Shown here: positions 1 through 8,898 of the stretch, in pieces
Layout: every line of letters begins with the position of its first letter
Numbering within the stretch: the first letter of the stretch is position 1
Source: Thermomicrobiales bacterium
GTDB taxonomy: Bacteria; Chloroflexota; Chloroflexia; Thermomicrobiales; UBA6265
NCBI GenBank assembly: GCA_036280495.1
Contig: DASUQU010000074.1
Span: forward strand, 1-35,511
DNA: 35,511 nt
Direction: 5' to 3'
Made by a program: the position numbers and the translations under genes
Notes under the pieces: model-generated
The model's input: only the letters and a program-made list of their open reading frames with translations
The model's database searches: none
Told to the model about the DNA's origin: nothing

Positions 1-1
1 C

Positions 2-1798
2 GTCCCGAACATCGAATCCGCCAGGCAGCCGAGCCGGATGCGCGCCCATCTCGGCGACACCCTGGTAGTTCGCCGGGCCACGCGGGCTGGCGACACCTCC
101 ACCAGGGCGACCGAGATTCCCGGTGATGATGGAAAGATTGATACAGGCGGCAGCGATTTCGGCCGGATCGCCGTAATGGTCGTGGTCCGATCCGGGGAGC
201 TCATCATGCGCAACCGTCTGATAGATCAGCGATGCCGGGTAGTCGGCATCCGCAAGGGGCCCGGCACCTCCGGTCGCGTAGAGAACCGCGGCCTGACGGA
301 TCAGATCACCGGAAACACCGGTAATCGCGGCGACCCTCTCAAGATCGTACGCATCGAGGCTCGCTCGCCACGCGGCGAACCCAGCGTCGCTCTCGGCCTC
401 GGGCCGTGCCAGTCCTGCCTCGACAATAGCCCTCGAAATGCCGTTGAGAAGGACAGCCGTCGTTCCCGGATTTGGCTTCAGGTAGATCGGTGATCGCCAA
501 CCGAGCGGGTAGTCGTCGTGGCTGATAACGACGTACTTGGCTTCCCGGTAGATCTGCGAGTGGTAGAACCAGTACGAAGCGATCGGTGCGGCCTTGCCGA
601 TGTTTGGTCCGACTACGAGCCCCGCCTTGACATCAGAAAAGAGCTCTTGCATGTCGTTCGTGTTGGGCACGTCGGCGCCTAGCCCAGTCCGAGTCGCTCG
701 GGCCACCGCCGCCTGGGCGGGGCCGAGGAAGCGGTCGACGTGAGGACTGGCCATGACCGCGCGAGCGAAGAGTTGCGCCACGTACGCCTCTTCGTTGGTC
801 GCATCCGGAGAAATTAATGCCGCGAATTGATCACCCTGGAAGTGCGCAAGAGATTCGGCGACGTACTCAATGGCATCATCCCAGGTCGTCTCGTGAGTAA
901 ACGGGCGACCGTCGGCCTGGGAGCGGCGGACGGTCGGATAAAACAACCGGTCCTGATGCTGAACTTGTTCGTGACCCCACTTGCCACGCTCGCAAAGGTA
1001 TCCGTGGTTCGTACCGCGCTCCCAGAGATTCGTGACGCGACGCACGAGGCCGCGGTTCGCTTCCACGTTGATGGTGCAACCGACGTCGCAGAATCCGCAG
1101 ATCGTTTCCGTCGTATCGAGCTCCCAGGGGTGGAGGCCGAAATGGCGGTCGGTCAACGCCCCGACCGGGCAGACCGCGATGCACATCCCACACGAGGTGC
1201 AGAGCGTCTCGGTGAGGTCAGCCCCGTAGGCCGGAGCGATGGTGGCCTCAAGTGAGCGATACGCTCCCTCGATCGCCGTCACGCCGATGACCTCGTCACA
1301 GACTCGCGTGCATCGGTTGCACATGATGCAACGGTCCCACTTGTAGTCGATGAGCTCGCTGAAGTGGGCATACGGCTGGGCGAACTTGGGACGCCGGTAC
1401 GGATTGGCGTGGATATTGTGCAGGTAGGTGTTGTCCTGGAGGTAACACTCGCCCGATTTGTCGCAAGTGGGACAATCCAGGGCGTGATCGATCAAGTACA
1501 TCTGAAGGATGAACTGCCGCGCCTGCATCACGTCCGGGGAATGGGTCAGCACCTCCATGCCGTCAGCGAGCGGGGTCGCGCAGGATTCGATGAGTCCACC
1601 GCGCTTTCCCAGAATCTCGACGGTGCAGATGCGGCACGATCCCCAGGCTCGGAGGAGCGGTTGGAAACAGAGATTGGGAATTTCGATGCCGGCCATTCGG
1701 GCGGCCTCAAGGATGACCGTCCCCGCGGGGACGGTCACTTCCTGCCCATTGATGGTGCCGGTAACCATCTTCTGTTCGGTACGAGTAGCAGTCACCAT
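2..1798 (-). CDS. NuoG/FdhA-family iron-sulfur molybdopterin-oxidoreductase-like protein (N-terminal 599 codons; 3' end lies beyond the window start)
   Basis: Absent from the ORF track because it has no stop in the window. Reverse-strand translation starts at ATG 1798, with GGAGAG about 13 nt upstream. It reads MVTATRTEQKMVTGTINGQEVTVPAGTVILEAARMAGIEIPNLCF..GSCRICTVE (2Fe-2S ferredoxin-like). It continues with HALDCPTCDKSGECYLQD, then CIMCNRCTRVC and CTSCGMCIAVCP (4Fe-4S), CGFCDVGC (MopB cluster) and ITGNLGRPGGGVASPRGPANYQG. The frame stays open to position 2. Confidence 0.85.
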   Translation of the reverse strand, partial: MVTATRTEQKMVTGTINGQEVTVPAGTVILEAARMAGIEIPNLCFQPLLRAWGSCRICTVEILGKRGGLIESCATPLADGMEVLTHSPDVMQARQFILQMYLIDHALDCPTCDKSGECYLQDNTYLHNIHANPYRRPKFAQPYAHFSELIDYKWDRCIMCNRCTRVCDEVIGVTAIEGAYRSLEATIAPAYGADLTETLCTSCGMCIAVCPVGALTDRHFGLHPWELDTTETICGFCDVGCTINVEANRGLVRRVTNLWERGTNHGYLCERGKWGHEQVQHQDRLFYPTVRRSQADGRPFTHETTWDDAIEYVAESLAHFQGDQFAALISPDATNEEAYVAQLFARAVMASPHVDRFLGPAQAAVARATRTGLGADVPNTNDMQELFSDVKAGLVVGPNIGKAAPIASYWFYHSQIYREAKYVVISHDDYPLGWRSPIYLKPNPGTTAVLLNGISRAIVEAGLARPEAESDAGFAAWRASLDAYDLERVAAITGVSGDLIRQAAVLYATGGAGPLADADYPASLIYQTVAHDELPGSDHDHYGDPAEIAAACINLSIITGNLGRPGGGVASPRGPANYQGVAEMGAHPARLPGGFDVRD

Positions 1799-1936
1799 CG
1801 TTGAGACGTTCGCTCTCCAGTCAGTAGTCTCGCTCGATTCCGTGCCCGGGAAATGGCGTCGCAGGTCTATTGCAACTTGGGGAATTTTACCACGCCGGAT
1901 GCGTGGAACCGGCCCGAGTCACCAGGGTTGGAACGC

Positions 1937-3505
1937 ATGAAGAATGGTAAACTTCGCGGCCGTTTGCACGCTGTTCAGGAGCAACGGGCAGGGTTCGACT
2001 TGATCGATGCCATCGGAAACGACGTGGTAGGCGGCAACGGTTACGAGACAGTGATCGGACTCGAAGTCCACGCTCAGATGCTCACGCGATCCAAGATGTA
2101 CTGCGGCTGCTCGGCCCGGTACGCGGATGCCCCCCCGAACACTCTCGTCTGTATCGTCTGCGGAGGGTTCCCCGGCGCATTGCCGGTACTGAATGAGGCA
2201 GCTCTCGAGGCGGCGATCCTGACCGGACTCGCGCTCAATTGCACGATTCCGCCTTTCTGCAAACTCGACCGAAAGAACTACTTCTACCCGGACCTGCCCA
2301 AGGGCTACCAGATTTCGCAATTCGATCTCCCGCTAGCGATCGATGGATACCTCGAGTTCGTTTGCGGGGGTGAGACGCGGCGCGCGGGCATTACCCGAGT
2401 TCACGTCGAAGAGGACACGGGCCGGCTCGTCCACCGGACAAAGGAGGATGGCGCCGAGGTCAGCCTCGTTGACCTCAATCGGTCCGGGGTGCCGTTGATG
2501 GAGATCGTGGGGGAACCGCATCTCCGCTCGCCGGAGGAAGCACGAGACTATCTCACCGCGTTGCGCCAAATCCTGCGCTACATCGGTGTCTCAACCGGGA
2601 ACATGGAGGAGGGCGCCTTCCGCTGCGACGCCAATATCTCCGTGCGTGAGATCCATGGCCCGCTTGGCGCCAAGGTCGAAGTCAAGAACATGAACTCGTT
2701 TCGAGCCGTCGAGCGGGCACTGCGATTCGAGCAGAACCGCCAGCTCGACGTACTCCGCCGCGGTGGGCAGGTTGACCAAGAGACGCGGGGGTGGGTGGAA
2801 GACCGCGGCGTGACGGTTGCGCAGCGGACCAAGGAGCAAGCGCACGATTACCGCTATTTCCCGGAACCGGATCTACCGCCACTGACGATCTCGGAGGAGA
2901 TGGTAGCGGCGCTCGCGTCACGGTTGCCGGAGCTGCCCGCTCAGCGGAGAGCGCGCCTTGCCGAGGAGTACGGGATCGGCGAGAGCGAGGCAGCAATCTT
3001 GACGGCCGAGCGAGACGTCGCTGATTTCTACGAAACCGTGGCGAAGAGCGACGGTAGGGACCGAGCGCGACTCGCCGCTAACTGGATTGTCAACGACCTC
3101 GCCGGGTTACAGCGAACGCGCGGCCTGCCTCCTGACCGCCTGCCAGTGTCGGCACAACAGTTGCAAGATCTCCTCGAGGCGCTTGATGCTGGAGCATTAT
3201 CGGGGCGCGCAGCGAAAGAGCTGCTGCCACAGCTGGGCGAGGGAGAGGCCGTATTGGCTGCCGCCGCAAGGCTCGACCTGCTCGTGCTGAGCGAGGAAGG
3301 GGTCATTCGTGACGCCGCGCTCGAGACCATGGAGGCGTTTCCGGCGGCAGTGCGAGACTTCCGGGGAGGCAAGCGAGCAGCTATCGGGAGGCTGATCGGC
3401 GAAACAATTCGGCGAACTGGGGGCCGGGCAAGTCCAGAGCAGGTTCGCCGGGTTCTGGAAGAGGAACTGAGCAGGCCAGTCGTGGCTGAGGGTGGGGACA
3501 TCTGA
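1937..3505 (+). CDS. gatB: Aspartyl/glutamyl-tRNA(Asn/Gln) amidotransferase subunit B
   Basis: ORF 1853..3505 contains [71 protein letters not shown] and FRCDANISV. The start is uncertain: ATG 1853, ATG 1937 or GTG 2024 are all in frame, and none has a strong SD. The homologous core begins at about 2040. Confidence 0.95.
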   Translation: MKNGKLRGRLHAVQEQRAGFDLIDAIGNDVVGGNGYETVIGLEVHAQMLTRSKMYCGCSARYADAPPNTLVCIVCGGFPGALPVLNEAALEAAILTGLALNCTIPPFCKLDRKNYFYPDLPKGYQISQFDLPLAIDGYLEFVCGGETRRAGITRVHVEEDTGRLVHRTKEDGAEVSLVDLNRSGVPLMEIVGEPHLRSPEEARDYLTALRQILRYIGVSTGNMEEGAFRCDANISVREIHGPLGAKVEVKNMNSFRAVERALRFEQNRQLDVLRRGGQVDQETRGWVEDRGVTVAQRTKEQAHDYRYFPEPDLPPLTISEEMVAALASRLPELPAQRRARLAEEYGIGESEAAILTAERDVADFYETVAKSDGRDRARLAANWIVNDLAGLQRTRGLPPDRLPVSAQQLQDLLEALDAGALSGRAAKELLPQLGEGEAVLAAAARLDLLVLSEEGVIRDAALETMEAFPAAVRDFRGGKRAAIGRLIGETIRRTGGRASPEQVRRVLEEELSRPVVAEGGDI

Positions 3506-3569
3506 CGGACTCATGCGGGCGACGGCGATACAGGGCGCACTGCAGCGCCAACCGACAGTGGAGGCGTCC

Positions 3570-4874
3570 ATGATCCTCGAGCAGCAATTTGCGCAGACCG
3601 TCGCCGACAGAGGCACGGCGCACATTGGCGAAGAGCGAAATCTGTTCGGTGTCGCGGTCGAGCAATTTCAGATTGCCGCCGACGTTCTTGGCCTAGACGA
3701 CGGGATGCGCAAGATCCTGAGCCACTGTCAGCGCGAACTCACGGTCCATTTCCCGGTCGAGATGGATGACGGGTCCGTCGAAGTGTTCACCGGGTATCGA
3801 GTGCAGCACAACAGCGGCCCCGGGCCCACCAAAGGTGGCATTCGGTACCACCAGAGCGTGACGCTGGAAGAGGTGAAAGCCCTCGCCATGTGGATGACCT
3901 GGAAGTGTGCGGTTGTCGGCCTGCCGTTCGGAGGCGCTAAAGGCGGAGTTCAGGTTAACCCGAAGCTCCTCTCTCAGGCGGAATTGCAGAACCTGACCCG
4001 GCGGTATACGACCGAGATTCAGCCATTTATCGGACCGAATCAAGACATTCCTGCCCCGGACGTCAACACCAATCCTCAGATCATGGCGTGGCTGATGGAC
4101 ACCTACTCGATGAACATCGGGTACTCGGTCCCTGGCGTGACGACGGGCAAGCCGATCGTGCTCGGGGGTTCCGAGGGGAGGAATGAGGCCACGGGCAGAG
4201 GCTGCGTTTTCGCCATCGAGAGCGCTGCCCGGATTCTCGATCTCGATTTGTCCAAGGCGCGAACGGCGGTGCAGGGATTTGGAAATGCCGGGTCGGTCGC
4301 CGCACGCTTGATGTCTGAGCTTGGATCGTCAGTGGTGGCAGTCAGTGATTCCCGCGGCGGAATTTACAATCCAAGCGGGCTTGACCTCGATGCGGTGAGT
4401 GCGCACAAAGCGCGCACTGGATCAGTGGTGGGCTTTCGGGATGCCGATAGTGTCACCAACGAGGAACTCCTCCTCTTACCAGTGCAGATCCTCATCCCAG
4501 CGGCACTCGAAAATCAGATCACGGTCGCGAATGCCGGTCAGATTCACGCGAAGCTGATCGCAGAGGCAGCCAACGGGCCAACCACGCCAGAGGCTGACGT
4601 AATCCTCTACGACCGGGGGGTGTTCGTCATTCCCGACATCCTTGCGAATGCTGGCGGAGTGACAGTTTCCTACTTCGAATGGGTTCAGGCACTCCAGGCT
4701 TTCCCCTGGACTGAGCATGAAGTGAATGAACGTTTGCGACGAATCATGAACCGGGCTTTCGACGCCGTCTACAGCACATCCAGGAAGTACGGCGTTCACA
4801 TGCGGACGGCGGCGTTGGTGCGCGGAATCGACCGGGTGGCCGAGTTCACCCGGCTGCGGGGGATTTACCCATAG
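3570..4874 (+). CDS. gdhA: Glutamate dehydrogenase (Glu/Leu/Phe/Val dehydrogenase family)
   Basis: Contains FTGYRVQHNSGPGPTKGGIRYH, GLPFGGAKGG and VQGFGNAGS (Rossmann fold). ATG 3570 is preceded by GGAGG (3560-3564, 5-nt spacer). The track start GTG 3492 would overlap gatB and add 26 non-conserved residues. Confidence 0.92.
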   Translation: MILEQQFAQTVADRGTAHIGEERNLFGVAVEQFQIAADVLGLDDGMRKILSHCQRELTVHFPVEMDDGSVEVFTGYRVQHNSGPGPTKGGIRYHQSVTLEEVKALAMWMTWKCAVVGLPFGGAKGGVQVNPKLLSQAELQNLTRRYTTEIQPFIGPNQDIPAPDVNTNPQIMAWLMDTYSMNIGYSVPGVTTGKPIVLGGSEGRNEATGRGCVFAIESAARILDLDLSKARTAVQGFGNAGSVAARLMSELGSSVVAVSDSRGGIYNPSGLDLDAVSAHKARTGSVVGFRDADSVTNEELLLLPVQILIPAALENQITVANAGQIHAKLIAEAANGPTTPEADVILYDRGVFVIPDILANAGGVTVSYFEWVQALQAFPWTEHEVNERLRRIMNRAFDAVYSTSRKYGVHMRTAALVRGIDRVAEFTRLRGIYP

Positions 4875-4984
4875 TGCCGCGGTCAGACATCGCTGCATGT
4901 CGGCATTTGACGTCGAGATGTCAATCGTGAGCCGAGGCGTGCTTCAGGGACGGCTGCAAGATTCCATTCCGCGTTTTGGAACTC

Positions 4985-6379
4985 ATGGATCCGACGCACG
5001 AGACTGAGCAGCAGCATGGATCCGAGCGGTCCCGCGCAGTCTGGACAGTCCTTCTTGTGGTCTCGGCCATCGCTTTGATTGCCGTAGTGAGCTTCGGCTC
5101 GGGCATTGTCGCCGAGCGGTACCTCATCCGTGGACCCTGGCCTGGAACCGAAGGCTTTGGCGGCCTGGATCCCAATGGCGATGCCGCGACGGATGCTGCG
5201 TTCCCACGGCAAGCAGAAGTGCGACAGATTCTGGAGGACGAATACTTCTTCCTTCCGGCGTCGCCGGAGGCGCGGGCCACGTTCGTAGCCAATCTCGAGC
5301 AGGGCGCGATCGAGGGAATGGCGATTGCCGCGGCGACGCCGGTGGCCTCTCTTGATGACTATCGTCGCGAGCTGGACTACGGCGCGGCCCGCGGCATGAC
5401 CGAGGCGCTCGGCGACGACTACACGGTGTTTCTTGAGCCGCTGCGTGGCGCGCCGCTGCGCGAAGAGCTTGCCGGCGAATATGAAGGCATCGGCATCTGG
5501 GTGGAGCACCCGGAGGGAGAGTTCACGATCGTCGCGCCAATTCCGGGTTCGCCCGCGGCGCGTGCCGACCTGCGCCCAGGCGATGTCATCGTCGCCGCGG
5601 ACGGACAGGATCTGGGCGAGCTCGAGACCGACGCGGCAATGTCGCTCATCCGTGGCCCGAGAGGTTCTTCGGTCGTCCTCACCATTCGGCGGCCAGGAGT
5701 GCCCGAAACGTTCGATGTAACTGTCAACCGCGAAGCGATCGAGATTCCAGCGGTAGTCTATGAGCGGCAAGCGGACGGCAAGGTCGCGCATATTACTGTT
5801 GGCATCTTCGGTGACAACACAACGCGGGAACTCGATGCGGCACTCAAGCGAGCCAAGGATGAGGGCGTCGCCGGCGTTGTGCTCGACCTGCGAGGCAATG
5901 GCGGCGGGTGGGTAACGAGCGCGCAAGAGATGCTCGGCCGATTCATCCCCGAAGATGCCGGTCCCGCGCTTTATCAGGACCTCGACCTGGACGACGACGA
6001 TGATCTCATCTCAGAGCCGATCGTCGGCGGTGGTGAGACGGCATTTGATGTTCCACTGGTCGTGCTGATCGATGGGGGTACCGCCAGCGCCTCCGAGATC
6101 GTCGCCGGAGCGATTCGAGACTATGAGCGAGGGACGCTCGTTGGCGAACCGTCGTTCGGAAAGGGACTCGTCCAGCGAGTTCACGATTTCGAGGACGGGT
6201 CTTCGGCTCGCGTTACATTTGCCCGTTGGCTCACCCCCGATCGGCACCCGATACCGGAAGAGGGATTGACGCCGGACGTCCCCGTGGCGAACCGACCTGA
6301 CCTCGCCGCTGATCTTCAACTGGACCGGGCAATCGACGTGGCGCTTGGCACTCCGGTAGCGGTCGAACCGGGCGACTAG
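4985..6379 (+). CDS. S41 family carboxyl-terminal processing protease with N-terminal membrane anchor and PDZ domain
   Basis: N-terminal TM segment AVWTVLLVVSAIALIAVVSF. PDZ region GIGIWVEH..IVAPIPGSPAARADLRPGDVIVAADGQDL. S41 core LDLRGNGGGW, LIDGGTASASEIVAGA and GEPSFGKGLVQ. The track start at 4976 is TTG; the first ATG is 4985. Confidence 0.9.
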   Translation: MDPTHETEQQHGSERSRAVWTVLLVVSAIALIAVVSFGSGIVAERYLIRGPWPGTEGFGGLDPNGDAATDAAFPRQAEVRQILEDEYFFLPASPEARATFVANLEQGAIEGMAIAAATPVASLDDYRRELDYGAARGMTEALGDDYTVFLEPLRGAPLREELAGEYEGIGIWVEHPEGEFTIVAPIPGSPAARADLRPGDVIVAADGQDLGELETDAAMSLIRGPRGSSVVLTIRRPGVPETFDVTVNREAIEIPAVVYERQADGKVAHITVGIFGDNTTRELDAALKRAKDEGVAGVVLDLRGNGGGWVTSAQEMLGRFIPEDAGPALYQDLDLDDDDDLISEPIVGGGETAFDVPLVVLIDGGTASASEIVAGAIRDYERGTLVGEPSFGKGLVQRVHDFEDGSSARVTFARWLTPDRHPIPEEGLTPDVPVANRPDLAADLQLDRAIDVALGTPVAVEPGD

Positions 6380-6508
6380 CGCCAATGCCGACTTCCGTGT
6401 TCAAGATCACGAGTACTGATTACTGTCGTTTACCAGGCACTGCACTGCACTTGAAACGAGATTGAAAAGGGCGCGGATACCGACTTCTTGACTTCCGGTC
6501 CGAGATCC

Positions 6509-7438
6509 CTAGCGGAGTCTGCGACGCCGTATGGCTCCGGTGCCGGCAAGGCCCGCTAACAGGCTCGCTGCGGCGAGCAATCCGGTGGAGAAACCGCTTG
6601 GGATTCCAGTCCCCGTTCGCGGCACTTGTACGACGCGAGGGTTCGATGACGGAAGCGACGAGCATGCTACGCCGTCACCACTTGGATCGAGGTTGTACGG
6701 ATCCGAGGGATCCTCGTCATAGACTACTTGAGCTTCCTCCTGGAACTCGAAGTCGACGCAATCGAAGTCTTCCTGGATCCGCACCGTCGTAGGCTCGTCG
6801 ATAACGACTTCTGTCGGCGCTGGATCGACTGCCTGACTGCGCCGATTGCGCCGGCGTTCCTCGCGTGTCTGAGTGGTCTCGTCTGGTTCAGCAGTAGGTT
6901 CGGCCGGCAGTAATTCCTCGCAGGCGAGACCATTGGCGTCGGGGTCCAGATCAGCCAGCCCCTCCGGGTCCGCGTCGAACGCGGCTTGCGCCTCGTCGGC
7001 AGTCGCAAAATCGGCACATGTGACCGCGGCACTCTCATCTTCGGTTGGGGTGCCTTGTTGATTCTGTTCACGAGCCGCCCGCCTTGCCGCGCGTCGCTCT
7101 TCCGGAGTCTGGTTGCCGGCATCCTGCTCGGCGGCGGGGGCACCGTCTCCGGGATCTGTTTCTGGGTCGTCGGCGGACGGGAGCAGCGCACAGGCGATGC
7201 CATCCTGGTTGGGATCGAGATTGTTGGGGTCTGCCGGATCCTCATCGAGGACTGCCTGTGCTTCTTCCTGCGTTGCGAAGTCCTCGCAGTCCAGGTCATC
7301 GGTTTGCGCGAACTTATTGATCCAATATCCCGGACCGTCGGGCGCTTCCCGATGGGCTGGAGCGACGTCCGGTCCCACCAATAACGCTGCGATGGCCAGC
7401 ACCAGGGCTAGTGATGAAATCGAGTTTGTCATCGCCAC
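6509..7438 (-). CDS. Secreted protein with three Excalibur-type calcium-binding repeats and a C-terminal LPXTG-like sorting signal
   Basis: Signal-like N-terminus MAMTNSISSLALVLAIAALLVGPDVAPA. Three repeats: CEDFATQEEAQAVLDEDPADPNNLDPNQDGIAC, CADFATADEAQAAFDADPEGLADLDPDANGLAC and CVDFEFQEEAQVVYDEDPSDPYNLDPSGDGVAC. The C-terminus has VPRTG (6611-6625), a hydrophobic stretch and RRRRLR. GTG 7438 has GGAG 6 nt upstream. Confidence 0.85.
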   Translation of the reverse strand: MAMTNSISSLALVLAIAALLVGPDVAPAHREAPDGPGYWINKFAQTDDLDCEDFATQEEAQAVLDEDPADPNNLDPNQDGIACALLPSADDPETDPGDGAPAAEQDAGNQTPEERRAARRAAREQNQQGTPTEDESAAVTCADFATADEAQAAFDADPEGLADLDPDANGLACEELLPAEPTAEPDETTQTREERRRNRRSQAVDPAPTEVVIDEPTTVRIQEDFDCVDFEFQEEAQVVYDEDPSDPYNLDPSGDGVACSSLPSSNPRVVQVPRTGTGIPSGFSTGLLAAASLLAGLAGTGAIRRRRLR

Positions 7439-7607
7439 GATTCACTCCGGCAAGACCGATGGCAATATCTGTGCCGGACATCGACCCCAGCCATGCTCAT
7501 GGACGAACGATGTTGCACGGAGGTTACGGTCACGAGCGGTTCGCGGGCAGTGTCCGTACAATGCCACGTTGCCACGACTGGTTCAATTTGGCAACCCCCA
7601 CACGCGT

Positions 7608-8066
7608 CTACGGCAAGCCAAGTGCAGCCTCGTCTGCCCATTCGCGCTCCGGGTGCAGGGCTCGCCACGTAGTTACGGCGTGAGTAAGGTCGGTAGCGAG
7701 TTGCTCGAGCTCAATCGGCGCCAAGATGACCCGGTCAGCGCCGGCCTGTTCGGCGAGTTCGGGATCGAGTTCGTCACGCGATTCGGCGATAATAAGTATT
7801 GGAATATCCGTCCGTTCGTCGGTCGTTGCCCGGTCGGAACGACCGCGCAATCGCCGCAGCAGCTCGATCGCGCCTATGCCGCCCAGTGCCGCGTCCAGGA
7901 CCATGACGTCGAACGAGCGAAGCCGGAAGACTTCGAGGGCCTGGACTCCACTGGCGATAGCACTGGTCCAGAACCCAGCATAGACCAGTCCCTCGCCGAG
8001 AAACGACGTCAGTTCGGGGTCATCACTGACGATCAGAATGTGCGGGCGCTGCAGCGCTGATGACAC
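7608..8066 (-). CDS. Stand-alone response-regulator receiver (CheY-like) domain protein, atypical
   Basis: Contains HILIVSDDPELTSFL..ALEVFRLRSFDVMVLDAALGGIGAIELLRRL..IPILIIAES..GADRVILAPIE. The acidic pocket and phospho-acceptor Asp are present. The usual K-P motif reads A-P. GTG start at 8066. No output domain. Confidence 0.8.
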   Translation of the reverse strand: MSSALQRPHILIVSDDPELTSFLGEGLVYAGFWTSAIASGVQALEVFRLRSFDVMVLDAALGGIGAIELLRRLRGRSDRATTDERTDIPILIIAESRDELDPELAEQAGADRVILAPIELEQLATDLTHAVTTWRALHPEREWADEAALGLP

Positions 8067-8163
8067 GGGCCTTCAGTTGCTCCAAATTCTGCGTATACAC
8101 GCGCCAGATGCGCTATGATGACTTCGCCCCGCACATGTTACCCATGCCCGGTGCTCAGGCGCT

Positions 8164-8742
8164 GTGGCGGAGGGGCGCTCGTCCCGGGAGATCGCCGTCG
8201 TGAGTTGGCTGGTCGATCACGAGGAAACGCGCCGGTTTCTCGAACGATACGTCGCGCGTCTCGATCTGCCGACAGAGCGTCTCCGCGTCACGACCGAGCG
8301 GCGGGAATTCGAACGTTGGCTCGGACGACGAGTGCGCGGCGCGATCGGTGGCGCTTATGCGTTTGCGCCCGCCTCAAATGAGCATCTCATATTGATCAAC
8401 TTGCCGCGCATCGATCACTCGCGACCGCGCTCAGTGGAGGTGGTGGTCGCCGAGGAGCTCCTGCACATGCGCGATCGGCTCGACGGTGATTTCCGGCGCC
8501 ACGCGAAACACGGGTACGATCGTATTGCGCATCGAGTCTCGGCTCTCACCGGGGCGACGCTCGAGGAAATTCGTGCCTCGCTTGTCCCGCCGCAGCGGCG
8601 GCAGGCACGATATCTCTATTCGTGCCCGTCCTGTGGCGTATGCGTGCCCCGACAACAGCAAGGTACATGGTCGTGTGGCCGATGCGCACCGCGGTTCGAT
8701 CCTCAGTTCATCTTGCTTTTGCAGTCGACGGCCGGGACTTGA
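8164..8742 (+). CDS. SprT-like zinc-ribbon protein with degenerate metalloprotease motif (EELLH instead of HExxH)
   Basis: VVVAEELLHMRD (8452-8466) is followed by HAKHGYDRIAH. A C-terminal ribbon reads YLYSCPSCGVCVPRQQQGTWSCGRCAPRF. This layout resembles SprT (HExxH .. HG .. two CxxC pairs). The start is GTG 8164, or GTG 8200. Confidence 0.6.
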   Translation: MAEGRSSREIAVVSWLVDHEETRRFLERYVARLDLPTERLRVTTERREFERWLGRRVRGAIGGAYAFAPASNEHLILINLPRIDHSRPRSVEVVVAEELLHMRDRLDGDFRRHAKHGYDRIAHRVSALTGATLEEIRASLVPPQRRQARYLYSCPSCGVCVPRQQQGTWSCGRCAPRFDPQFILLLQSTAGT

Positions 8743-8898
8743 CAATTGGCGCGGTGCCGAGGCGGGATTCAGGGCGGAAGCTGGCCCGCGGTGTGCTTGA
8801 TGTTCAGTGGACGGGGCTCCTGGGGATTTCCCGAGTGAGGGGATTAGCGGAACGCTGAACCTGAAGGCGACGGGGCGAGGCGTCCAGGTGGGGGAGCG

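Noticed and set aside
4883-5926. Long antisense ORFs in the track: 4883..5926(-), 7113..8060(+), 23149..24351(+), 18540..19232(-), 14423..15064(+), 10975..11568(-), 29352..29885(-) and many shorter ones.
   Set aside because: They lie opposite genes with clear family motifs. They are Arg/Pro/Ser/Gly-rich with no recognisable domains, which is the usual shadow-ORF artefact of high-GC DNA.
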